IMG/VR virus record: IMGVR_UViG_3300017956_006678
Coordinates: 10,588-74,587 of that record
Direction: 5' to 3' (one strand)
Source of the DNA: a virus
Length of the DNA stretch: 64,000 nt
This document shows, piece by piece, positions 1 to 8,985 of the stretch (its first letter is position 1; every line of letters begins with the position of its first letter). The notes beneath the pieces were generated by a model, which was not told the DNA's origin, did not search any database, and worked only from the letters and a program-made list of their open reading frames with translations. The translations under genes were made by a program, and so were the position numbers.

Positions 1-2
1 GT

Positions 3-152
3 ATTGTTACCAAGTCAAAGTCTAGAGACGACAAACAAAAGAAAAAATATTCAAATATGATTGAAACGCTTATTGAAGAATACGGTTATAATGAAAATAG
101 TGCAGAAGAAATTTTAACTTATGCAGCTAATAATCTTTGGAGAGACTCATAG
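3..152 (+). CDS. prkA: PrkA/YeaG-family AAA+ serine kinase, C-terminal fragment (5' truncated by window edge)
   Basis: Frame 3 reads IVTKSKSRDDKQKKKYSNMIETLIEEYGYNENSAEEILTYAANNLWRDS*, resembling the PrkA C-terminal L(I)xExGYNxxSAxE(L/I)LxY pattern; not in the ORF track. Confidence 0.7.
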   Translation: MVTKSKSRDDKQKKKYSNMIETLIEEYGYNENSAEEILTYAANNLWRDS

Positions 153-156
153 GATT

Positions 157-1443
157 ATGAATAATAGCGAAAAATACATTGATTTAATTAAAGAAAATTC
201 GCTTAAAAATTCATTTGTGAAGAATATCAGTGAGTTTAAGAATAATCATCTAAATAAAGTAACACTTTATGATAACGTAGATATTAAAAATAACTCACTG
301 AACTTTTTTAACTATAAGTTTGATGATAATTCTAAGACCCTTAAAAGAGTAATAGACTATGAACTTGCAAGAATAGAATTAAATTCTAAAGATTTAGGTT
401 CACTATTAACCGAGTGGCTAGTTGATTTTTATGTAAAACACCCATATCAGGCTTATGCTTTAGATAGAGAAGTATGTAAAGATTTTATAACAGAAAATAT
501 TTTAAATAAGTTGAATAATTTAGTAGAAAGACCGAATAAAAATCATTTAAATGAAATAATAAAAAATATTGAAAGTAAAAAAAATAAAAACATTATTAAG
601 AGTTTAATTAAAAATATTGACGCAGATGACACTGTTTTTGTAAAAGAATCATTCAATGAAAAAACTTTTATTAAAAAAACAGATCAAATTAAATTTAATT
701 TTGAATTTGACAATTCTTTTTTACTTGACAAAAAAGAATGGCATGCAGAAAATTACAAATATATTATTATAGATGGGTTTATTGACTCTGTAGGTGAAAT
801 ACATCACCTACTTCAAAAGTCTTATGAAGATAAAGAATGTTATGTTGTTTTTTGCAAGGGAATGCATGAAGAAGTTAAGGCAACAATACTTCAGAATCTT
901 AAAAGAAAAACAATCAATGTTATGCCTGTTTCTCTAAAAGTAAATGAAGAAAATGTGAATATTCTAAATGATATTGCTGCATGTCACGATAATGATATTA
1001 TATCTGCACACAAAGGAGATGTAATATCAATTGCAGTAAAAAGAGAGCTTAAGAGAGGTAAGCGAATAACTATTGATAGTGATGGTATTGTATTACAATA
1101 TAAAGACAAAAGATTGAAAGATAAACAATTAGAATATTTAACCCAAAAAGTAAACGATACAATAATTGGTGATCCTAATATTGATTATTTAAATAAGAGA
1201 ATTAAAAATTTAAATTCTAAAAAAGTTGAAATTTTTTTAGATTCAAGATTTACTAAAAGAGAAAGAACAGAATTGGATGCTTATTTAAGATCTATAAACT
1301 ATATTAAATCAGGAGCAGTATTTTTTAAAGATAATAAAAGAATATTAAATTATAGAGAATTGATTGTAGGAATAGTAAAGTTTACAAGTTTAATAAAGAC
1401 AATAGAAAGTTTTGGTTGTGCTTTAGTTGAGGAAAATAAATGA
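157..1443 (+). CDS. Divergent GroEL/Cpn60-like protein lacking the ATPase motifs
   Basis: YIIIDGFIDSVGEIHHLL...VVFCKGMHEEVKATILQNLKRKTINVMPV...ILNDIAA...YLNKRIKNL aligns by eye with the GroEL apical domain; no GDGTTT; start moved to ATG157, after the upstream stop. Confidence 0.65.
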   Translation: MNNSEKYIDLIKENSLKNSFVKNISEFKNNHLNKVTLYDNVDIKNNSLNFFNYKFDDNSKTLKRVIDYELARIELNSKDLGSLLTEWLVDFYVKHPYQAYALDREVCKDFITENILNKLNNLVERPNKNHLNEIIKNIESKKNKNIIKSLIKNIDADDTVFVKESFNEKTFIKKTDQIKFNFEFDNSFLLDKKEWHAENYKYIIIDGFIDSVGEIHHLLQKSYEDKECYVVFCKGMHEEVKATILQNLKRKTINVMPVSLKVNEENVNILNDIAACHDNDIISAHKGDVISIAVKRELKRGKRITIDSDGIVLQYKDKRLKDKQLEYLTQKVNDTIIGDPNIDYLNKRIKNLNSKKVEIFLDSRFTKRERTELDAYLRSINYIKSGAVFFKDNKRILNYRELIVGIVKFTSLIKTIESFGCALVEENK

Positions 1444-1937
1444 AAGTTTTAAATAGTGTTAAGCATTTATTGGAATGTCATTGTACTCTTAAAATATATG
1501 AAAATAAAGATAAAAATTTAGATAATCATTTATTTCACAAATTTCCTGTGTATTCTAAATACGACAATGAAACAGGGAAGTTTATAGAGAAAATAGTACA
1601 ATGTAATAATTGTCAAACATTGCATAAAGTTATTGATGTTTGTAAATCTGAAATCATTCCAGGAGGAAAAGATACAGATATGACGCTATCAACTATAGAA
1701 GATATGGAACTTCAACTACCGAGTAAATTATATAATTTTCTTGTAGGTCAAAATACTGATATAACAACTTTTGAACATGCATTAGATGTTATTGATAATG
1801 AATGTTGGGGATCTCAAATAGTAATTGCTAGAGAATTAATCGATTTTAAATATCACATTAAAGTTTTAGAAATTAATGGCGAAAACAAATTTAAAATTAT
1901 TAAAAAAGTCATTGAAGATGAAATTAACTTAGGATAA
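1440..1937 (+). CDS. Hypothetical protein, probable Zn-binding (CxC, CxxC...H...C)
   Basis: ECHC and QCNNCQTLH...VC motifs; overlaps the upstream stop; GAGG upstream. Confidence 0.6.
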   Translation: MKVLNSVKHLLECHCTLKIYENKDKNLDNHLFHKFPVYSKYDNETGKFIEKIVQCNNCQTLHKVIDVCKSEIIPGGKDTDMTLSTIEDMELQLPSKLYNFLVGQNTDITTFEHALDVIDNECWGSQIVIARELIDFKYHIKVLEINGENKFKIIKKVIEDEINLG

Positions 1938-1941
1938 AGAA

Positions 1942-2220
1942 ATGAATATAGGAAAAACAGATACAGAACTAGAAGTCGATAAAATGATTGAATGTCGACA
2001 AATAGTAAAAAATCTCATAAAATTTGGTCTATCTGAAAAACAGAAAGTACAAATCATGAGATTGTTAGCAATAGAGTTAGAATCTAGAGATGCTATGAAT
2101 ATTATCATAGAAGCTGTAGAAAAAATCAAATCTTTAGACGAAAATGTTAAATTTAGTTTAACAGAAGATAAAATTGATTATAATAATAATAAGCAAAGTA
2201 AAAAGCTTTTAGACATCTAA
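1942..2220 (+). CDS. Hypothetical small helical protein
   Basis: 92-aa ORF in operon context, AGGA upstream. Confidence 0.65.
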   Translation: MNIGKTDTELEVDKMIECRQIVKNLIKFGLSEKQKVQIMRLLAIELESRDAMNIIIEAVEKIKSLDENVKFSLTEDKIDYNNNKQSKKLLDI

Positions 2221-2238
2221 AACACATTGGAGGATAAT

Positions 2239-2439
2239 ATGTCAGAAGTAAGAAGTGATTTGGAACAAAAATGGCAAGAACTTAAAGTACTTATTGAAAC
2301 ACTTGAAGTTGATATTCAAAAAAATATTAAAGGAAATAAATCAGCAGGTGTTCGAGCACGTAAAGGTCTTAGACTACTAAAAACAAATGCCAGTGATATT
2401 GTTAAAGTATCACTAGCAGCTGATAAAGATTCTGAATAA
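2239..2439 (+). CDS. Histone H1-like nucleoid protein (Hc1 family)
   Basis: KGNKSAGVRARKGLRLLK motif; GGAGG SD at 2229-2233 favours ATG2239. Confidence 0.8.
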   Translation: MSEVRSDLEQKWQELKVLIETLEVDIQKNIKGNKSAGVRARKGLRLLKTNASDIVKVSLAADKDSE

Positions 2440-2462
2440 TAAAATAAGATTTAATCTTAAAT

Positions 2463-2702
2463 TTAATTAAGAGAGAGTGATTCTGTTACTCTCTTTTTTA
2501 TTTTTTCGATAATCTTTTTTTCTATTTGACAGACTCTCATTCTTGTTATATTATAAATCTCTCCGATGTCTTGAAGAGTTTTATTACCTGAATTAGAAGC
2601 GGCAACACAACAATTGCCGTCATTTTTTGAATTAATCCAGTACCTGCATTTTTTTTGTTGACAGGTTTTACTTTGTTTATTATAAAATTCGTAACACTTC
2701 AT
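2463..2702 (-). CDS. Stand-alone sigma-70 region-4 HTH protein with Cys-rich N-terminus
   Basis: TLQDIGEIYNITRMRVCQIEKK resembles sigma70 r4 (TLEEVG..F.VTRERIRQIE); C3, C14, C19, C31, C32; AGGAG SD on the minus strand. Confidence 0.85.
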   Translation of the reverse strand: MKCYEFYNKQSKTCQQKKCRYWINSKNDGNCCVAASNSGNKTLQDIGEIYNITRMRVCQIEKKIIEKIKKRVTESLSLN

Positions 2703-2726
2703 ATTTATATTCGTCTCCTATATCAT

Positions 2727-2754
2727 ATATTAAATAGTGTAGACATAAATTACA
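2727..2754 (-). promoter_or_regulatory. Putative promoter TGTAAT-N16-TAATAT for the sigma-r4 gene
   Basis: Same hexamer pattern and 16-nt spacing as elements at 4087, 26418 and 27312. Confidence 0.4.
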
Positions 2755-2769
2755 AAATTTGGAGTAAAT

Positions 2770-4083
2770 GTGCGTAAAACTTTTATACTTGACACGAGCG
2801 TCCTCTTATACGATAAAACATCAATTCATTCTTTTCCAGAAAATGATGTTGTATTACCTATAGTTTCATTAGACGAATTAGATAGATTTAAGTCTAAGAA
2901 AGGAATTATAGGAGAAAATGCAAGATATGTCAATAGATACTTAGATGATTTGAGAAAAGAAGGTGGGTCAATACACGAAGGTGTTGAATTAGAAAATGGT
3001 CAGACAATAAGAGTTGCGCTAGAAGGTTATTCTGACATTCCTAACGGTCTTAATGGTGATGATGCTGATAATAAGATGATAGCGCTAGCTAAAAAAATGA
3101 CTTTAGAATCTGACAAGTCTGTAGTTATGATTACAAAAGACATTAATTTTAGAGTTAAATGTGATGCTGTAGGTGTTAAATCTGAAGATTATTACAAGGA
3201 TCAGATTATTGATGACAATGATAAATCTTACAAGGGTTTTGTTGAATTAGATCTAGGACAAGACTTAAGTCACTTAATTGATATGCTTTATAATGAAGAG
3301 GATGATTTAACACAAGACATTGAAGACTTAATTGGTAGAAAAACCTTTCCTAATGAATTTATATGTCTTAAATCAGGAAGTCAATCCATTTTAGCACAAA
3401 ATAAAAGAGGAATCATTAAAAAAATGGAAAAGCTTTCATTAGAAGACTTTATGGGAATCAAAGCAAGAAATAGAGAGCAGAGTTTTGCTTTAAATCTTTT
3501 GCTTGATGACAACGTTCCTTTGGTTTCTTTGACCGGTATTGCTGGGTCTGGTAAAACTTTTTTAACATTAATGGCGGGAATCGAGGGTATAAATAAAGGA
3601 AAATACAAAAGAATCGTAATTACACGTAATATTCAACCTGTAGGTAGGGATATTGGTTTTTTGCCAGGTGATGCTGATGATAAAATGTTACCTTGGATTG
3701 CACCAATTATGGATAATTTTAGACAAGGTATGAAAGATAAAGACTTGTCTTATTTTGAAGCAATGAGAAGAACTGGTCAAATAGAAATTGCACCATTAGC
3801 TTTTATGAGAGGAAGAACATTTTCTGAAACATTTTTAATTATAGATGAATCTCAAAATAGTTCTATTCATGAACTAAAAACAGTCATAACAAGAATTGGA
3901 GAAGATTCAAAGGTAATTCTTCTTGGTGATACAGATCAAGTTGATACTCCTTATATTGATTCACTCTCAAACGGTTTGACCATAGTTTCAGAAAAATTTA
4001 AAGATCAAGAAATGGCAGGACATATCCAGCTTCAAAAAGGTGAAAGATCTAAATTGTCATTTTTGGCATCAAAAATACTTTAA
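2770..4083 (+). CDS. phoH: PhoH-family protein with N-terminal PIN domain (PhoH2/YlaK type)
   Basis: ILDTSVLL (PIN), ITKDINFRVK, Walker A GIAGSGKT, IGFLPG, MRGRTF, IIDESQN, LLGDTDQVD. Confidence 0.95.
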   Translation: MRKTFILDTSVLLYDKTSIHSFPENDVVLPIVSLDELDRFKSKKGIIGENARYVNRYLDDLRKEGGSIHEGVELENGQTIRVALEGYSDIPNGLNGDDADNKMIALAKKMTLESDKSVVMITKDINFRVKCDAVGVKSEDYYKDQIIDDNDKSYKGFVELDLGQDLSHLIDMLYNEEDDLTQDIEDLIGRKTFPNEFICLKSGSQSILAQNKRGIIKKMEKLSLEDFMGIKARNREQSFALNLLLDDNVPLVSLTGIAGSGKTFLTLMAGIEGINKGKYKRIVITRNIQPVGRDIGFLPGDADDKMLPWIAPIMDNFRQGMKDKDLSYFEAMRRTGQIEIAPLAFMRGRTFSETFLIIDESQNSSIHELKTVITRIGEDSKVILLGDTDQVDTPYIDSLSNGLTIVSEKFKDQEMAGHIQLQKGERSKLSFLASKIL

Positions 4084-4086
4084 AGT

Positions 4087-4137
4087 TTTATTAATGATTG
4101 TTGAGCAGTATTATTATCTCAAAAAGAGGTGATAATG
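4087..4137 (+). promoter_or_regulatory. Putative promoter (TTTATT-N16-TATTAT) overlapping an SD/start-codon-sequestering hairpin
   Basis: ATTATTATCTC-aaaaa-GAGGTGATAAT (4110-4136) forms an 11-bp stem with 2 G-U pairs covering the SD and the start of the ATG. Confidence 0.5.
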
Positions 4138-6048
4138 TTTAACAAAAATATATTTGATACTAAACAAGACAATAATCAATTAATTTTAAATTCTGATATT
4201 GTTGTAGTTTCTGACTTATACGCTGATGAATATCTTGGAGGTGCTGAATTAACTTCTGAGGTATTCATCAATTCTTTAATTGATGCAGGTTATAAAGTTT
4301 GTAAAATTAAAAGCAATGAATTGGATATGAAAAATATTGAAACAGGAGAAATGAAAAGTTGGATATTTTTTAATTACTCTGCAATCAATATGAATTTAAT
4401 ACCTACAATTGTAGCAAATGTGAATTATTCAATTGTAGAATACGATTATAAATTTTGTCAATATAGATCAACAGAAAAACATAAAGAAGTAGAAAATAAT
4501 GATTGTGATTGTCATGAAAAACCATTAGGTAAATTAATATCTGCATTTATGTTTGGAGCAAAAAATTTAATGTGGATGTCAGAAGGGCAAAGAGACTTTT
4601 ACATTCAACGCTTTCCTTTTCTCAAAAGTAAAGATAACTACATAATAAGCTCAGCGTTTACAGATAAAACATTTAAAAATTTAAGTGAAAATAGAAAAAA
4701 TAAAAAAAGAAATGACAAAGCACTGATAATACAGTCTAATTCGTGGATTAAAGGCGTAGAAGATTCTATAGAATATTGTAAATCAAAAAATATTAAATAC
4801 GATCTAATCGGTAATGTTTCACATTCTGAAATAATAAAGGCGATGAGCGAATATTCTCATTTTGTTTTTATGCCTAAAGGTAAAGACACATGTCCTAGAA
4901 TCTTAATAGAAGCAAAATTATCAGGAATGCATATTCATACCAATAATAATTGTCAACACACATCAGAAAAATGGTGGAGTTATAATCTAGAAGAAATAGA
5001 ATCATATCTTAAAAATTCTAAAAAAAGATTCTTAAATGCTATAGATCATCAAATTAAAAAAATAGAAACAATTAGCGGTTACACAACAACAAAAGATTGT
5101 ATATCACAAGAATATCCATACATCCAAGCAATTAAATCAATGTTAAATTTTTGTGATCAAGTAGTTGTTGTTGATGGAGGTTCTACAGATGGGACGTGGG
5201 AGTCACTGGTTGAACTTTCTAAAAAAGATGATAGAATTATCATTGAACAAAAGAAAAGGGACTGGTCACATCCACGTTTTGCCGTATTTGATGGTTTGCA
5301 AAAGGCTTATGCAAGAAGTTTATGTACTAGTGATTGGTGCTGGCAAATGGATTCAGATGAAATCGTTCATGAGGAAGATTATGAAAAAATTAAACAATTG
5401 ATTAAGCGTATTCCTAAATCGATGCATTTACTGGCATTACCTGTAATAGAATATTGGGGTGGGTCTGAAAAAGTAAGAATTGATGTCAATCCTTGGAAAT
5501 GGAGATTGAGTAGAAATCATAAACATATAACACACGGTATACCTAAACAGCTTAGAGCTGAGGATGAAAATGGAGATCTTTACGCTTTACAGGGAACAGA
5601 TGGTTGTGATTATATTGATGCTAATTCATATGAAATAATACCTTGTATGAATTTTTATGATCAAAATATTCATAATTTAAGGATACAAGCATTATCAGGT
5701 AATGAAGACGCAGTTGAAGCTTATGAAAATTGGTTTAATAATTTAGTAGAAAATTTACCTGGCGTTCATCATTATAGCTGGATGGATTTAGAAAGAAAAA
5801 TTAAAACATATAAGAATTATTGGTCTAAGCATTGGCAAAGTATGTATAATATATCTCAAGAAGATACGCCTGAAAACAATATGTTTTTTAATAAGAAATG
5901 GGAAGATGTTACAGATGAAGAAATAAAAGATCTTGCAAAAAAATTAAAAGATAAAATGGGAGGATGGATATTTCATAATCGCGTTGATTTTGAAAAACCT
6001 ACACCTCATGTTTATATTGAAAGAGGTGAACCTGAGGTGATGAAATAA
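4135..6048 (+). CDS. Two-domain glycosyltransferase (N-terminal GT-B/GT4-like plus C-terminal GT2)
   Basis: GGAELT and DTCPRILIEAKLSG (GT4-like); VVVVDGGSTDGT and QMDSDE (GT2); SD GAGGTG before ATG4135. Confidence 0.85.
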   Translation: MFNKNIFDTKQDNNQLILNSDIVVVSDLYADEYLGGAELTSEVFINSLIDAGYKVCKIKSNELDMKNIETGEMKSWIFFNYSAINMNLIPTIVANVNYSIVEYDYKFCQYRSTEKHKEVENNDCDCHEKPLGKLISAFMFGAKNLMWMSEGQRDFYIQRFPFLKSKDNYIISSAFTDKTFKNLSENRKNKKRNDKALIIQSNSWIKGVEDSIEYCKSKNIKYDLIGNVSHSEIIKAMSEYSHFVFMPKGKDTCPRILIEAKLSGMHIHTNNNCQHTSEKWWSYNLEEIESYLKNSKKRFLNAIDHQIKKIETISGYTTTKDCISQEYPYIQAIKSMLNFCDQVVVVDGGSTDGTWESLVELSKKDDRIIIEQKKRDWSHPRFAVFDGLQKAYARSLCTSDWCWQMDSDEIVHEEDYEKIKQLIKRIPKSMHLLALPVIEYWGGSEKVRIDVNPWKWRLSRNHKHITHGIPKQLRAEDENGDLYALQGTDGCDYIDANSYEIIPCMNFYDQNIHNLRIQALSGNEDAVEAYENWFNNLVENLPGVHHYSWMDLERKIKTYKNYWSKHWQSMYNISQEDTPENNMFFNKKWEDVTDEEIKDLAKKLKDKMGGWIFHNRVDFEKPTPHVYIERGEPEVMK

Positions 6049-6788
6049 TGGAAGAAACCAGATTTGTATTTTTAATACCTGCATATAATTGTGAAAAAGA
6101 AATTAAACAAACATTAATGTCTGTGTTTGCACAATCTTATCAAAATTGGAGAGTAATTCTTATTGATGATGTGTCTACAGATAATACATTACAATTCTCA
6201 AAAAATTTGGTCGAATCGCTTTGTTGTAGAGAAAAATTTATATTTGTTAGAAGAGAAGAAAAATATGGAGAAGTGAGAAATACAGTTGAAGAAATAGAAT
6301 ATATCGATAATGATGAAGTTGTTGTTAGGCTAGATGCTGGAGATTGGTTGACAGAAAATGACACTTTGTATTATTTAGATAAGATATATAGTGAACATAA
6401 TCCTGCTGTTTGTTGGACTGCACAAAGATGGGCTTATACAAACTATGGAATATCAAAACAAATGAAACTACAACCAAATCAGAGCGTCTATCAGCATCCC
6501 TGGGTATCTAGTCATTTAAAAACTTTTAGAGCTTCTGCACTTAAAAAGGTGAATCCTAAAAATTTTTATGACGACGATGGAAATTGGATTATGATTGCAT
6601 GTGATCAGGCAGTTTTCTTGCCAATGATGCATTTAGCTATAAAAGAAAAATTACCTCTTGTATTTCTTCCAATCGTGTGTTACCATTATAATATTGATCT
6701 AGAAAGGCCAGAACTTTTTACTGAAGATCGATCGATAAAACAAAAGCAAAGTGCTGAATGGATAAGAGAGAGGGGATATGTTGAGTGA
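6048..6788 (+). CDS. Glycosyltransferase family 2
   Basis: LIPAYNCE, SVFAQSY, ILIDDVSTDNT, RLDAGDW. Confidence 0.92.
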   Translation: MEETRFVFLIPAYNCEKEIKQTLMSVFAQSYQNWRVILIDDVSTDNTLQFSKNLVESLCCREKFIFVRREEKYGEVRNTVEEIEYIDNDEVVVRLDAGDWLTENDTLYYLDKIYSEHNPAVCWTAQRWAYTNYGISKQMKLQPNQSVYQHPWVSSHLKTFRASALKKVNPKNFYDDDGNWIMIACDQAVFLPMMHLAIKEKLPLVFLPIVCYHYNIDLERPELFTEDRSIKQKQSAEWIRERGYVE

Positions 6789-7146
6789 AACAGGTAAACA
6801 TATAAGTGAATGTGAGAAAGTAGATAAACCTTGGGGTTACGAGGTAATTTGGGCAAAAACAAAAGATTATGTTGCAAAAATGATGAGTATTAGCCCAAAC
6901 CAAAGAATGAGTTTGCAATATCATAACAAAAAAGAAGAAACACTATATGTAATGTCAGGTGTTTTAATATTGTGGGAAGGTGAAGAGGAAAATGGCTTTA
7001 AGCATTTACCTCCAGGATCTGTGTATCACGTCAATCCTAAACAAATACATAGGTTTGGTGCTGGCTCGAGCCCAGTTATGCTAATTGAAGTTAGTACAAA
7101 TCACCTTGATGATGTTGTTAGAATTAAGGATGATTACGATAGATGA
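6778..7146 (+). CDS. Cupin protein, mannose-6-phosphate isomerase type II C-terminal-like
   Basis: KPWGYE, SLQYHNKKEET, IHRF, EVST. Confidence 0.8.
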   Translation: MLSETGKHISECEKVDKPWGYEVIWAKTKDYVAKMMSISPNQRMSLQYHNKKEETLYVMSGVLILWEGEEENGFKHLPPGSVYHVNPKQIHRFGAGSSPVMLIEVSTNHLDDVVRIKDDYDR

Positions 7147-8054
7147 AAGTATTTACACATAATTTTAATCCGAGTTCAAATAGCGGACCTAATAAATTTA
7201 CTAGAACTTTATTTAATCAATTAATTAAAGATAATAAAGTTATATTAAGCAGCCAAGAAGAAGCTGACGTTGAATTCTGTTTAATACAGCAACAGCTACA
7301 TAAGGTTAAACCTATGGTTCTTCGTTTAGATGGAATCTGGTTTAATTCTGAACAAGATTATAATAGACAAAATGCACCTATTGTTTTTTCATATCAGAAT
7401 GCAGACGCTGTAGTTTTCCAATCAAATTTTAATAAGAAATTAACAGAAAGTTGGTTTGGTGCACACAAAAATTCTTATGTGATCCACAATGCCGCAGATT
7501 TAAATTTAATTAAAGCAGCTAATTTAAATTTCTGGGATAATAAGTTTGGCAAAGATACAGAAGTGTGGTCATGTGCATCTTCTTGGCGACCACATAAAAG
7601 ATTAAATGAGAATATTAGATACTTTTTAGAATTTGCACCAAAAGATGCAATTTTTGCTATAGCAGGTGCACTTACAATGGACGATGCTAAAAAAATACCA
7701 AAGAATGAGAGGATATTTCTTATGGGAGACTTAGACTACATGAGTTTACTTTCACTTTATAAGCGATCATCAACATTTGTTCATTTAGCTTATCTTGATC
7801 ATTGTCCTAATGTTGTTGTAGATGCGCAGGCATCAGGTTGTAAAATAGTTTGTAGTTCGACAGGAGGCACACAAGAAATTGTGCACGATGGAATTATAGT
7901 TCAGGAAGAATCTTGGGATTTTAAACCAACAAAATTATACGAACCGCCTAGTATGAAATGGAATTTAGTAGAAAAAAATAATAAAAAGACAAAGATTGAT
8001 TCAATAGAGACGTGTTCAAAAATCTATTTTAAAATAATGAAGGGGTTGATTTGA
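7143..8054 (+). CDS. Glycosyltransferase, GT4-like
   Basis: SGPNKF, LRLDG, VFQSNF, DHCPNVVVDAQASG. Confidence 0.88.
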   Translation: MKVFTHNFNPSSNSGPNKFTRTLFNQLIKDNKVILSSQEEADVEFCLIQQQLHKVKPMVLRLDGIWFNSEQDYNRQNAPIVFSYQNADAVVFQSNFNKKLTESWFGAHKNSYVIHNAADLNLIKAANLNFWDNKFGKDTEVWSCASSWRPHKRLNENIRYFLEFAPKDAIFAIAGALTMDDAKKIPKNERIFLMGDLDYMSLLSLYKRSSTFVHLAYLDHCPNVVVDAQASGCKIVCSSTGGTQEIVHDGIIVQEESWDFKPTKLYEPPSMKWNLVEKNNKKTKIDSIETCSKIYFKIMKGLI

Positions 8055-8983
8055 AAATATTTTGTCATGTACCTAGAGAAAATTGGATTGTAGACAGAAT
8101 GGGTAATGAATTTTTACAACATTCTTCGCATGATGTTTCTTTAGATAGAATAGAAGAAGATACGGAATTAATATGGTTATTTGCTTCGTGGTGTTGGAAT
8201 CAAATACCAATTGAAATACTTGCTAGAAAAAAAGTTGTGTGTACAGTTCATCATGAAGTACCTGAAAAATTTGATCTAAAAAGAAAACAAAACTTTTTAA
8301 TAAGAGACAAATTAGTCAATTATTATCACACCTATACGAAAGAAACTAAAGATTTGATAGAATCTTTATCATCAAAACCGGTTAAAATTATTCCTCATTG
8401 GGTAAATAATAAAATATGGATTAAAGAAGATAAGCATAAATGTAGAGAAATATTAAACTTACCTAAAGATAAATTTCTAATAGGCAGCTTTCAAAGAGAT
8501 ACAGAAGGATCTGATCTTAAGACTCCTAAATTAGAAAAAGGACCAGACATATTTGTTGAAAAAATTAAAGATATATGTCGTTTTAGAAAAGATGTACATG
8601 TTGTTCTGAGTGGCTGGAGAAGACAATACGTGATAAATAGATTAAATAATGAAGGTATTAAATTTACATATATTGAATTACCTGATCAGCAAACAATTAA
8701 TAAATTGTATAATTCACTTGATTTGTATATTGTAAGTTCTAGATGCGAAGGAGGACCTCAGTCAGTATTCGAATGTGCACAATTAAAAATACCTGTAATA
8801 TCAACAAAAGTAGGACAGTCATTTTTTCTTCATGAAAATTGTATTTATAATCATGATCAAAAAATAAATAATGAAATAATAAATTTATCTTCTGCATCAA
8901 CTATGTATAATTTCAATAATATTAAAGATCTTTCTATTGATAATTGTATTGATCTTTACGATAATTTTTTGAGAGAGGTTTGA
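8051..8983 (+). CDS. Glycosyltransferase, GT4-like
   Basis: EKGPD, LDLYIVSSRCEGGPQSVFEC, PVISTKVG; TTG start overlapping the upstream TGA. Confidence 0.88.
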   Translation: MKIFCHVPRENWIVDRMGNEFLQHSSHDVSLDRIEEDTELIWLFASWCWNQIPIEILARKKVVCTVHHEVPEKFDLKRKQNFLIRDKLVNYYHTYTKETKDLIESLSSKPVKIIPHWVNNKIWIKEDKHKCREILNLPKDKFLIGSFQRDTEGSDLKTPKLEKGPDIFVEKIKDICRFRKDVHVVLSGWRRQYVINRLNNEGIKFTYIELPDQQTINKLYNSLDLYIVSSRCEGGPQSVFECAQLKIPVISTKVGQSFFLHENCIYNHDQKINNEIINLSSASTMYNFNNIKDLSIDNCIDLYDNFLREV

Positions 8984-8985
8984 AC

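Noticed and set aside
121-156. ORF-track start at 121 for the GroEL-like gene
   Set aside because: It overlaps the PrkA C-terminus; ATG157 after the TAG is more plausible. Similar start corrections were made for 2227, 4129, 8980, 10370, 15278, 18831, 21516, 27361, 28601 and 30101.
2445-2459. TAAGATT-T-AATCTTA inverted repeat between convergent genes as a terminator
   Set aside because: Weak AT-rich stem with no clear U-tract; not enough support.
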